DNA of 64,000 bases from Cenococcum geophilum (taxonomy: Eukaryota). Below the pieces are notes generated by a model. That model ran no database searches, had not been told where the DNA came from, and saw only the letters and a list, made by a program, of their open reading frames with translations. Position numbers and translations under genes: made by a program. The DNA lies in NCBI GenBank assembly GCA_050273025.1, contig CP158635.1:14694001-14758000 (forward strand). Reading direction: 5' to 3'. Position 1 is the stretch's first letter. The number at the start of each line of letters is the position of its first letter. This document shows positions 1 to 11,110 of the stretch, in pieces.

Positions 1-789
1 TTTCGTAAAACGGTCTATAAGGATAAGGAGGTATCTTAGCCTTAGGGAGATCTGTAACAGTTAAGTAAGTAATACTGCTAGGCTTATATAGGGGCCTTAG
101 GGGCTATAGCTCACTATAAGGTATATAGCGGCGCGATTTAAGCGTTAGCAGGTATTGTAGTACCTAGGTATTTACAGAGGTCCTTAGTAAGGCCAGACCT
201 TATTATGCCTTAGGAGTCCTTAAGTGTTACTAGCAAGAGCTCGCCCCTAGGTGGTCACGTATGGAGCGTATAAAGGCGTCCCTTATACTCTATAGATGGA
301 CTAATAACTTAAGGGTATTCCATAAGCCGTTTTAGCTAAGGTAGCTACTACTACTACTTGCTATAGTACGAGGCTCTGCGCAAAGCTAGTGCCAATGAGG
401 TAATATGCAATACGTAGGTTACTCATAGGGTTATTATAGGGGACCGTCGCCTAGGCTAAGGGTCTAGCGCTATAGGTCGGTTGAAGTCTTAGTAAGAATA
501 GCAGGATACTCTAGTCCGCCGGCGCTAGGTTATTAGTATAGTAGCACTAAAACCGCCTACAAGGTCCATAACCCGCAACTTTTATATAGTATTAAGGGTT
601 AATTTGGCACGTATTGTTGTATTAAGTATATAGGCGGACTTTACCCTAGGGCGTATCTATCGCAACATATACCACAATGCGTTCCCTTTCTCCCCATCTA
701 GCGTTAGGTCGCGATATACCTGCGTAAGGTATATATTTAGGGGTATGCGGTATCCAAATCTTTAGGCTTATACATAGGTTATTAGTATA

Positions 790-1420
790 GGTCACTACTA
801 GCGGGTTATTAGCGGGTCGTAGACCCCAGTTAAAGGACCCCAGTTACGGACGGACCTGTCTGCCAATATACGTCGTCGGTATAGGTTACTACTAGTAGGT
901 TACTAGCGGGTTAAAGGACCCTAGTTAAAGGACCCCAGTTACGGACGGACCTATCTAGTATAAGTCGTTAGTGCAGGTCGCTACTAGTAGGTTACTAGCG
1001 GGTCGTAGACCCCGGTCAAAGGACCCTAGTTACGGACGGACCTATCTGCCGATATACGTTGTCGGTATAGGTTACTACTAGCAGGTCACTAGCGAGTCGA
1101 AGGATCCCAGTTAAAGGACCCCGGTTACGGACAGACCTATCCAGTATAAGTCGTTGGTATAGGTCGCTACCAGTAGGTTACCAGCGGGTCGTAAACCCTA
1201 GTTAAAGGACCCCAGTCACGGACGGACCTGTCTGCCGATATACGTCGTCGGTATAGGTTACTACTAGCAGGTTACTAGCGAGTTAAAGGACCCCAGTTAA
1301 AGGACCCCGGTTACAGACGGACCTGTCTAGTATAAGTCGTTAGTGCAGGTCGCTACTAGTAGGTTACCAGTAGGTTATAGACCCTAGTTAAAGGACCCCG
1401 GTTATGGACGGACCTGCTAC
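790..1420. repeat. Tandem repeat, 186-bp period (~3.4 copies, two related subunits), inside the gag region
   Basis: Motif a(c/t)ggacggacct recurs at 846, 1032, 1218 and 1404, with sub-unit copies at 941, 1127 and 1313. Confidence 0.9.
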
Positions 1421-2470
1421 CTAACAGTTAGGCATTATTTATAGCGGTTTGCTGCTAGTGTTCTTTACAATTACTACCTATATTCTTCTTGCGATACGCA
1501 GGCGTATCGCCAGCGTCTGGGGGGTCCTCTGAGCCATCTGGCTGTTGAGTAGTCTCCCCTGGAGCTTGGTTGGGAAAGCGTCGCCTTCCTGGGGTTCCGT
1601 TCTCTGAACCTGACCCTGTGGAGCCTATGCTACGACCGCGCTTCGGGCGCGAGGATCTGCTGTTGCCAGCTGCGCGGTCTTCCGCGAGCTTTGTGGTGTC
1701 GAGCAATTGCTCTACACGGCGGATTTTTTTGGTTCTCCTTTATTACAGTCATATAGTACGCAGTAGCATTTTCAAAGCGTCTTACTGTAGGGTTCTTGAT
1801 CTGGTCTTGGACCATAGTCTTAAGTTCGTCCCACAGTAGAGGACCCTTATCTTTGGCGCCCAGGCGGTGATGCACTAGTTAGGCGACTGTCTTCTCTTTT
1901 GCAAGACCTTTAATGGCCTAGCGCGTACGTTGCTCGCAGTCGTAGTTAGCGTTGTTGATCTCGAATTAATTCTTAATTGCGGCAATCCATTGGTCAAACT
2001 TCTGTTGAGTAGTGCCACTAATGTTAGGCGGTGACTTCTTGACCAGGGCGTTAAGATTCGTTCGACGTATGCGTTTAATACGCGACTCGTGCTCTTTACT
2101 AGAGAGGCAACAGGAGGGCTTTATTGAATCGATAATGCTCCGTAAGTTGGCTATTTTATTAGCCAGCTCGTCTAGCTCCTTTAGGTTAGCAGTATTCGGT
2201 AGGACGCTGGTAACCTTGCTAAGCTCCTGTTGAGCCTAGGTATATAAGTCGAACTGGTCTCCAGCGTTCGTAGATGTCTGATCGTCTTGAGATTCGGAAG
2301 GTCGCGTAGATTCTGCTAATGTGCTTCTAGCACTAGATCCTAAGGCGTTCTACAGTTATATCACTAGCGTGTCGCCGTTAAGTGTAGGCGTCGATCTTGT
2401 CTTCGGAGGCATCATAGATCGTAGAAAATTAAACCGGCTATCCTCCTAAAGGGATTGGTAAGGATTCGAA

Positions 2471-2584
2471 TGTGAGGTAAGGATGTGGATAGGGAGTCTA
2501 ATGATAGAATAATAGGTATATTGTATAGACAGAGACGAATCCTTAAGGGGTTTCCATAGGCACGTGCAGCGCACGTGCCTCACA
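2471..2584 (-). repeat. Putative 114-bp LTR
   Basis: Begins tgtgagg and ends cctcaca (7-bp terminal inverted repeat, TG...CA); lies directly upstream of the gag ATG. The partner LTR is not in the window. Confidence 0.6.
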
Positions 2585-2651
2585 GGCGAGTCGCCTGTGG
2601 GTCGCCTGTACCTCGCAGCTACATAGCTATCTACTTAGGTTTTACCTAACA

Positions 2652-3154
2652 CCTTAATCTAGTAAAGTAAAGGTAAAGGCGGGCTATTATACGCTTTAAA
2701 AGGCCGATATCCGCATGCTTAATAGCATATTTTAATACTTTATATATTTTAACCACCTATAGATACCAAATATAATTAAAGAACTCTATATTAACAATCT
2801 AAGCGGGCTAGCTTGTAGTAGTAGAGTTAGGAACTATAAGTAATTAATTTATAATTTAAAAACCTTCGTAGGTAGAGGGCTATAAAGGAACCAATTTATT
2901 AGCCTTATGGCCAACTTTAAAACTAAAACCTGCTACGCGGATATCCTTAATATGCTATAGAAACTGCTTAGGCGTTAAGGATATAATATATTTTTTAACC
3001 GCACCTTCTTTATAAATGTTAAGCCTATCGCGGATATATATTAAAAAGAGTGCAATAATGCGGGTATTAAAACTATGTAGTACTAGCTCCTTAAAATAGT
3101 AAAAGGAAGGGCGCTCTATAGGAATATTTTGTCGCTTAAGGTAATTTATATAAG
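2652..3154 (-). pseudogene. DUF6589-like transposase, C-terminal fragment (RIP-degraded)
   Basis: Minus-strand translation near 2660-2730 gives YAIKHADIGLLKRIIARLYLYF, matching the AIKxGDIGxL...F motif I recall for DUF6589. Contiguous with 11111 onward once the LTR element and one TSD copy are removed. Confidence 0.6.
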
Positions 3155-3579
3155 TGTTACGGACGCTTTAAGTACGATGTTATAACTACTTGGAGAAGAG
3201 ACGGAAGAAGCTAGTTGGTTAATTTAGGCACGGTCCAGGATGGAGCCGATAGAACTATATAACGAGGAATAGTAACTAAGGTCACATAATGTGCTACATA
3301 TTAAACGAGAGGAATGAGAGGAACTTACGTACCTTACGTATAAGACGTATATTACGTATAAGAAGGATTTTATAGGAGTACGGTTGTGTATTTAAGGACC
3401 CTTAATCCCTACCTAGATAGTTCCTTCCTTATAGTAATTCTTAGAATATAATTGGAGTTAATCTATTAGGCAACCACTCCACTAGTTGTTATTATGTTGT
3501 TAACTTTTATACTTATATTTCCTATACACCTAGCCTAATAACGAGCCTACCGTAGTTCTTGCTATAAGGTTCCGTTATA
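3155..3579 (+). repeat. 5' LTR
   Basis: tgttacggacgc...ttccgttata; colinear with 10681-11105, differing mostly by C>T/G>A changes. Confidence 0.95.
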
Positions 3580-3623
3580 CAATCACTACCTAGTTATAGT
3601 ATTAATATAAGAAGTCGAATAAC

Positions 3624-6582
3624 ATGCCACTAAAAGTAGCCACCACGACGCCATTGACGGTAGCAACTACTTTAAGGATAGGAGGTGATACTAGTATAGT
3701 AGATACTAACTTATAGTAACCTGTAACGGTTAGACAGCTATAGGAAATAGTTAACTAGCTAATAGCTAATAATATAGTATTGGAAGAAAGACTTAATGGG
3801 ATAGGAGCAGCAAAGATTAAGCTACTATTAATTAAGAAATTTATAGGAGAGAGGTTAAAGCTTAAAGGATTTCTTATGTAGATGCACTTTAAGGTCTTAT
3901 AAGAGGGAGCAAAGTTACCTATACCTGTAGATCGGATAGCCTACGCAGGACTATTCTTATTAGGAAGAGTACTTAAGTGGTTTAAACCTTACCTTATAGA
4001 GATACAGGCAAACGGAATAATAACCACTAACTAAGACGTGCGATTTATGTTCTTAAGTTAGGAAGGATTTATAGAATAACTTATATAGATATTTGGAGAC
4101 CTAGAAGAAACAACTATAGCAGAAAGAAAACTCTAGAACCTTATATAATGAACTTTAGCAATTAAGTATATAATATAGTTCCAGACACTAGTAATATAAG
4201 TAGAGTAGAATAATAGGGCGCTTAAGGTATAGTATAAATAGGGACTTAAGGCTAAAGTCTAGGATATAATTATCTTAATAAAAAATGCGGACACCCTAAG
4301 GGAACTAATAGATTAGGTGATTAAAATTAATAATTAGATCTACTAAAGGGAATAGGCTAAAAGAGGCTAAGATAGAGTTCTATAGTTATATAAGGCGCAA
4401 AGTACGTAACGACAAAAGCTAAGTTAGAAACTATAGTATGGCGTAAAGCTAATAGACCTAAGTGGTACTAAAGAAGCCTATAAGAGATAGAGTAAACTAT
4501 AGAAACCTAGAGGATAAGGATTAGGTAATTAAAGGTTTAAAAAGTAGAGGCCGAATTAGGGATCTTATTAGCAGAAGATATTTAGGCGGACTCTATAGCA
4601 AGAGAAATAGTTTAAAAAAGGAGCTTACATAAATTACAGAAAATAGGGTTATTATGTTAGAGACTATAAAAGTGGGCAGAGTTACTACGTAGTAAAGGGT
4701 ATAAGACTAGCAGACGATATATACGTATAAAGGGACGATAATATACTATGAGGAACAAAAGAATGTTTAATTAGAAGTTTTGCGTTTTATTATAATAACG
4801 TATACCAAATTCATAAGGATGCTAAGTATAGCGTAAGCTATTAGCTATAAGAGCTAGCACCTATAGGATATAAAGGAACCAACGAACCAGTTCGCAGATT
4901 GGATATTAAGGATAATAAATTTAACCTAGGTAAAATATTCCGTAATAATAAGGTAATAAGGGCCGCTTACTAGGAGCGAGCAGACCTTAGAGATGTTATA
5001 CTAAAGGTAGAGGATAATTCCACTACAAAATAGGGAATATTAGTAGGGATCAAAACCCTACTAGATACGATGTCTATCGCTTTATAAGATATAAGAGAAG
5101 TAGGATAGTAAACTACTTTGGCACTTAATAAAGGCAAAAGGCCAAAGGCTTAAGATTCTTATAGCGAGATAAGAGATAACCAAGATTCTTAAAATAAGAT
5201 AAGATAAGCTTAAGGACCTACAACGGATAATAACTAATGGAGTAGAGTAGCAGCTTAGTTTAAAAATATATAAATAAGCTCGGAACAGAAGTTCCTATAA
5301 GCACAAGATTCTTAAGACAAGATAAGTGAGATTTAAGACTCTTAAGATAAGATAAGAACACTAAGTAAGCCTAGTTAGACTAAGGCTAAAGCTAAGCTTA
5401 AGTTAGAAGCGAGCTCGGGATTAAAGAACCCAAGGGGTTAAGAATTTAAAGTATAAATTAGGACACCTATAGATAAGAGGTAAGGAGCTTCCTTATAGAT
5501 TAGAGAATCTGCAGTATAAATAGTAATTAGACTAGGAGACAAATATATAGACCTAGAGGATTTACTAGTTAAATAAAGTGTTCGGACTAAAGATCGAAAA
5601 ATTAATACTAGGATTAAGAAGCAAGACGACTTTAAGGATTAGAGCGTAAGGCGTAAACTAAAAGAAACTATAGAAGAGTTTAGGCAAAGAATTATTGCAT
5701 AGCAAGAATAGAAACTAGATAAGAGATCTAGTATATTAGGACGTACAAAGGACAGAGCACTAGTATAAAAAATTACTAATAGATTAAGAGCAGACACACT
5801 AAGAGCTAAGTGGCTTACTAAACTAGAAGATAAAGAGGATTTAGGGATTTTAACTAGGTTTAAGGAATAATATATAAAGGGCTATTATAATACAGTAATA
5901 AGAAGATACTTCCTTACGGACAGACTGTATATACTCTAGCAGCTATACTAAAAGTAGTATAGGCAAAGGCACAATAATAAGTGGGAAGATTTCTATATGT
6001 GGTTAGATAAAAAAGTTATTTAGAACTATCTAATTATAGAGAAGGCTATAACGCATATTAAAGGAGCCTTAATTATAACGTTAAAGGATCTAGAGGAACG
6101 TTTAGAGGACTAGAGAAGTAAGAGGCATATCTCAGTACCTATAAATAAAGTTGTAATATTTAGATTAGCATAATAAAGGTTTAAACTTAAGGACGAAGAT
6201 AAGCTAAGAGTTAACCTAAAGCACCTAGTATACCACACGTTATTATAGATTACGTGCGTGGACGATATATATAAAATATATAAGAATCCAAAGGAAAAGA
6301 ATTAGAAATACCCTATAAGGATATACTAGATAACGGATAAGTAATAGTACAGGAATACTAAATATATACATAGATAGCATCTAGCAGAGGTCTAAAAGGA
6401 AGGAAGTTTAGTACTTTAACTAGGAAGATTCCTTATAGAAGAATGCTTAGACGGATAATAGTAGTAGGAATGCCTAGAAAATATGTATCTATAGTATATT
6501 AAAGATAAAAAGCAAACTAGGTATTAGCTAAAGAGTAAGCTAAGTGCACTAGGATTAAGCAGCTAATAGTTAAGAAAAGTAG
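3624..6582 (+). pseudogene. gag: gag (unusually long, with Cys/His clusters), RIP stops; end approximate
   Basis: ATG CCA CTA AAA at 3624; retrotransposon gag-like segment (KLKGFLM...YAGLFLLGRVLKWFKPYL); zinc-knuckle remnant ~4625-4670; Cys/His clusters near 4760-4830 and 6230-6510. Confidence 0.75.
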
Positions 6583-6589
6583 AGGCCTA

Positions 6590-9500
6590 CGGGACCAGAG
6601 GGAGCCAGTAGTAGAGCCTTAGACCCTTAAAGGAATTTAAGGACGACACCTAAATTTATAAGTTAATTAGTAAGATCAGCAGTTTAAAGCGCTAATAGAT
6701 AGTAAAGTAACGCGAAACTATATCTCACTAGTAATAGTTAAAAGAATAGAACTACCTCACAGATAAAAGGAGCAACCTTACCTATTAGTTACGATTTTAG
6801 AAGATCTAATAACCTATAGAGGAGGGATTATTAATCTTAAAATAGGACCTATTTGGATAACTATTAAAGGGAGACAAATTAAGATGTCTTTTAATATCCT
6901 ACCATTAGGACGGGATGAGGCAGTATTAGGTATACCTTAGTTATAGGAATATAATCCGAGGATTAATTGGATTACAGGTTAGGTTAATATTAAAGATACT
7001 TAATACCGCAAGATGTAATAATAAGCCAAGTTAGTATAGTACTAAGTAGGAGCAACCTATAAAGAAATAGAAAAAGGACTAAGTTATATACTAAAGAGAT
7101 ACCATAAGTACGGCAAGAAACTATGGTCACTAGGAAGTAAGAAGCTATTAAAACATATAGCATAGGACTATAAAATAGAGTTAGAACTAAGAATAAGTCT
7201 AAAGTTCTTTCCAATCTATAAGCTTACTAAAGAAGAAGGTAGAGCGTTAAAAGAGTTTATTTAGGAAAATCTATAAAAGGGATACATTAGACTATCACAG
7301 TTATTAGCGGGTTATCCAGTACTATTCGTACTAAAGAAAAATGGTAAACTAAGGCTATGTATCAACTATAGATAGTTAAATAGCATCACTAGAAAGAATA
7401 GGTATCCTTTACCCTTAATTAGCGAAATCTAAGACAGGATAGGTAATGCGCAAATCTTTATAAAAATAGATCTAAGATAGGCGTACCATTAGATCAGAAT
7501 TAAGGAAGGCAATAAATAGAAGGCAGCCTTTAGGTTAAAGGAAGGACTATATAAACCATTAGTTATACAATTCGGGCTTATAAACATACTAGCAACGTTC
7601 TAAAAGCGTATTAACAATATATTAGGAGAACACTTAGATGAATTTATTATAGTATATCTTAATAATATTATTATCTACTTAATAACTAAGGAAGAACACG
7701 GGGAACACATTAAATAGGTCTTAAAGAGACTATAAGAAGAACAGATACCAGTAGCAATTAAGAAATGCGAGTTCTTCACTAGGAAGACCGATTTCATTGG
7801 ATTTATTATTAAACTAGGCCAACTTAGTATAGATCTAAAGAAGATCAAGGCTATAGTAAATTAGTAGGAACTAGAGAATATTATATAGTTAAGATTATTT
7901 CTAGGGTTTTGCAATTACTATAGAAGGTTTATAGCGCAGTGGTTAAAGGATATTAAGCCACTTATAAGGTTAATAAAGAAAGAAGAACTATAGGCATAGG
8001 GAAAGAAGCAAAGAGAACTCTTTAAAAAAGTTAAAGAGTTGTTTACCTAGGAGCTAATTCTTAAGATCTATTAACTAGGACTAGAGACGGTTATAAAGAC
8101 GGATATATTAGACTATATACTAGGGGCATACTTTATATAAAAGTATTAAGATAGATAGCACCCAGTAGTATACTACAGTCGAAAGATAACACTATTAGAG
8201 TTAAACTATAACATCTATAATAAGGAGTTATTAGATATAGTTACAGTATTAAAGAAATAAAGAGCATTCTTATAAGGTATAGAGAAACTATTTATAGTTA
8301 AAATAGATTATAAGAACCTAATAGGATTTTTAATAACGAAGGAACTCAACCAAAGACAGGTTAGATGGGCAGAGATGCTTACGGAATACTATTTTGAGAT
8401 TTAGTATACCAAAGGTATAGACAATATAAGGGCAGATACTCTAAGCTATAAAGCTAAACTACAAAATAAGGAGAAGCTATTGGGGGCTTTATTACAAAAG
8501 GATATAGACAGATTAATTAGGTATAATTATCTAAGAATTATAGCAACTTAAGAAGATAACGAACTAGAGAAAGTCTACAAGATACTAGAAAGCTTTTAGG
8601 TATAAAAAATTCTAAAAGCATAACTAGAAGATCTACAGACGGATATATATAAAAATCAAGAAGCGAAGTATATCCTAAGAAGCATAGTAGAGTAGTTTAT
8701 AGAAGACTTCTATAAGGGACTAACTTAAGGATATAATAGAGCTACGGGCTTAGTGTTAAGACTTTAGAAGGAGTACATCATTAACGGAATTTAGAGGATA
8801 GCTAGAAAAGTTATAAAGGAATATTTAGATTACTAAAGGAATAAATTAATAAGGTATAAGCTATATAGAGGGCTATAACCTATTAAAATACTAGAAAGAC
8901 CATAGGAGGTTATATTATGGGACTTTATTATTAAGTTACTAAAATTAAAAGATTTTATTACCGGATAAGATTATAACGCAATTTTAGTAATAATAGATAA
9001 GCTTATAAAGTAGGGATACTTTATAGCATATACAGAAGAAATCTCAGCAGAAGATATCGCTAGAATCTACGTTAAAGAAGTATTTATAAGATATAGAGTA
9101 CTAAGTAAGATTATATCGGATAGAGATCTAAGATTTATAGCAGCATTTTAGGAAGTATTCTTAGCGGAGCAAAGAGTTTAAGTAGTAACTTCCACCACAT
9201 ACCATCCGCAGACAGATGGTTAAATGGAAAGATTAAATTAAACGCTAGAGCAGTATCTAAGGCATTATGTTAATTATGCATAGAATAATTAGGTATTACT
9301 ATTACTAGTTATATAGTTTATATACAATATAACACCCTAAGAAGGAATAGGTATATCACTATTTAAGGCAAATTACGGATATAAGCCAAAAACATCGTTA
9401 TTACTATAGCAAGCAAAGAAAATAAGTAGTATAGCTAAAGAAAGAATAAAGACGTTAATAAATCTTTATATAAACCTTATGGAATTAGTAAAGAAAGTAT

Positions 9501-9988
9501 AAGAGAGAATAAAAAAGTACTATAATGCTAAGAGATCTAAGGGACTAGATCTTAAGGAGGGAGATAAAGTATAGTTACTACACAAAAATTTTAAAAGTTG
9601 ATGACTAAGTAAGAAGTTAGATTACGTTAAACTAGGACCTTTTAAAATTACGTAGAGGATTTTACCGGTTACATTTAAGTTAAACCTACTAGCTAAAATA
9701 AAGATCTACCCTATATAGCATATCGCAATACTAGAGCTAGTATATAGGAATATTAAGCCACCGGTCTATAAAACAGACATATATAGAGGATAAGAAGAAG
9801 ATAAATAGCAAGTATTAAAGATCGTTAATTATAAGGATATTGACGACGAAATATAGTATAAGGTTAAGTAGATAGGCTATACTAAGACTACCTAGGAGCT
9901 ACTAGAGAATTTAAAGAACGCTATAAGAAAGGTATAGGAGTATCGGAAGAGATTAGGTTAGGCAGTATTAATAAAAAAAGATCGCTAA
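6590..9988 (+). pseudogene. pol: pol polyprotein (protease, RT, RNase H, integrase, chromodomain), RIP stops
   Basis: Protease FKALIDSKVTRNYIS ~6685; RT motifs [21 protein letters not shown] and YLNNIIIY (RIP of YLDD) ~7650; RNase H region YNIYNKELL; integrase TSTTYHPQTDG; chromodomain YKVK*IGY...T*EL ~9860. Confidence 0.92.
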
Positions 9989-10572
9989 AGAATAAGTCAC
10001 CTAAGGGGGACCTAAGAAGAGTAGTTGCCGAACTACTTAGATCTATTTCCTTCTCTATTAGAGGAGAGTCTGTTCTTTTATTGCCTAGTTTCTATAAACC
10101 TTATTTTATAAGTTTCTACTCCTTAGAATGAACCTTCTTACGAACCTTCTTAAGACAAAGTAGATGAGTAGACGCCGCAATTTAAGTATTTAGAGCCTTC
10201 TATTCTGCGTCACGGGAACGTTTTAACTTAGTAAGGGCTTATAACAGTTTACTATCTAGCCACGCAGCAGCAGATTAAACATAAGACCCTAAGATAAATT
10301 AATTAGGGAACTAGACGACTATTAAAAGTAATAGGTCGCGTATATTTAATATTAGAAGTAGAGCGAACGTTATAGGACGAACGAACATTTGCTTTAGTAT
10401 ACTCTAAGCAAAAGGACAGTTATTATAAAGATAGGTTTGCTAATGCAATATAAACTAACCCCTCTTTTAAACAATAAGAATATAGAGACGGTATAATCTT
10501 ACTAAGAGATAATATTACAGCAATAGTGCGAGCACGACGTTGGGCGTATGAAGAAGAAATTGCTTTAGGTAT
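9958..10572 (-). pseudogene. Antisense accessory ORF of the retrotransposon: Cys-rich (Zn2Cys6-like spacing) N-terminus, probable intron, coiled-coil C-terminus
   Basis: Reads (M)PKAISSSYAQRRARTIAVILSL-KIIPSLYSYCLKEGLVYIALANLSL**LSFCLEYTKANVRSSYNVRS. Reverting RIP TAT>TGT gives C-x2-C-x6-C-x13-C-x2-C-x8-C. Confidence 0.6.
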
Positions 10573-10680
10573 AATAAGCAATAATATTAACTAAATTAAT
10601 TAGACGGATATTATACCTCTAGTAAACAACTTAGAGATGTTTTAAATCTTTAAGGATAAAGATAAAGAGGAGGGAGATGG

Positions 10681-11105
10681 TGTTATAGATACTTTAAGTA
10701 CAATATTATAACTACTTAGAGAAGAGACGGAAGAAGCTAGTTGGTTAATTTAGGCATAGTCTAGGATGGAGCCGATAGAACTATGTAACAAGGAATAGTA
10801 ACTAAGGTTATATAATGTGCTACGTATTAAATAAGAGGAATAAAAGGAACTCACATACCTTATATATAAGACGTATATTACGTATAAGAAGGATTTTATA
10901 GGAGTACAGTTGTGTATTTAAGGACCCTTAGTCCCTACCTAGATAGTTCCTTCCTTATAGTGATTCTCAGAATACAATTAGAGTTAATCTATTAGGCAAC
11001 CACTCCACCAGTTATTATTACGTTATTGACTTTTGTACTTGCATTTCCTACATACTTAGCCCAATAACGAGCCTACCGTAGTTCTTGCTATAAGGTTCCG
11101 TTACA
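10681..11105 (+). repeat. 3' LTR
   Basis: tgttatagatac...ttccgttaca, preceded by polypurine tract aaagaggagggagatgg and followed by TSD ataag. Confidence 0.95.
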
Positions 11106-11110
11106 ATAAG

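Larger units (their letters stand above)
1..2584 (-). mobile_element. 5' part of a RIP-degraded LTR retrotransposon (LTR, primer-binding site, gag-like ORF); continues beyond the window start
   Basis: TG...CA-bounded short repeat at 2471-2584. It is followed on the minus strand by ATG ATG CCT CCG AAG (2415) and a gag-like frame (...KFDQWIAAIKN...LLWDELKTMVQDQIKNPTVRRFE...) broken by TAA/TAG stops. pol is not visible in the window. Confidence 0.6.
3155..11105 (+). mobile_element. Full-length Ty3/Gypsy chromovirus LTR retrotransposon, RIP-inactivated
   Basis: Two 425-bp LTRs (3155-3579, 10681-11105), 5-bp TSD ATAAG (3150-3154, 11106-11110), polypurine tract before the 3' LTR, and domain order gag-PR-RT-RNaseH-IN-chromodomain. 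Confidence 0.95.
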
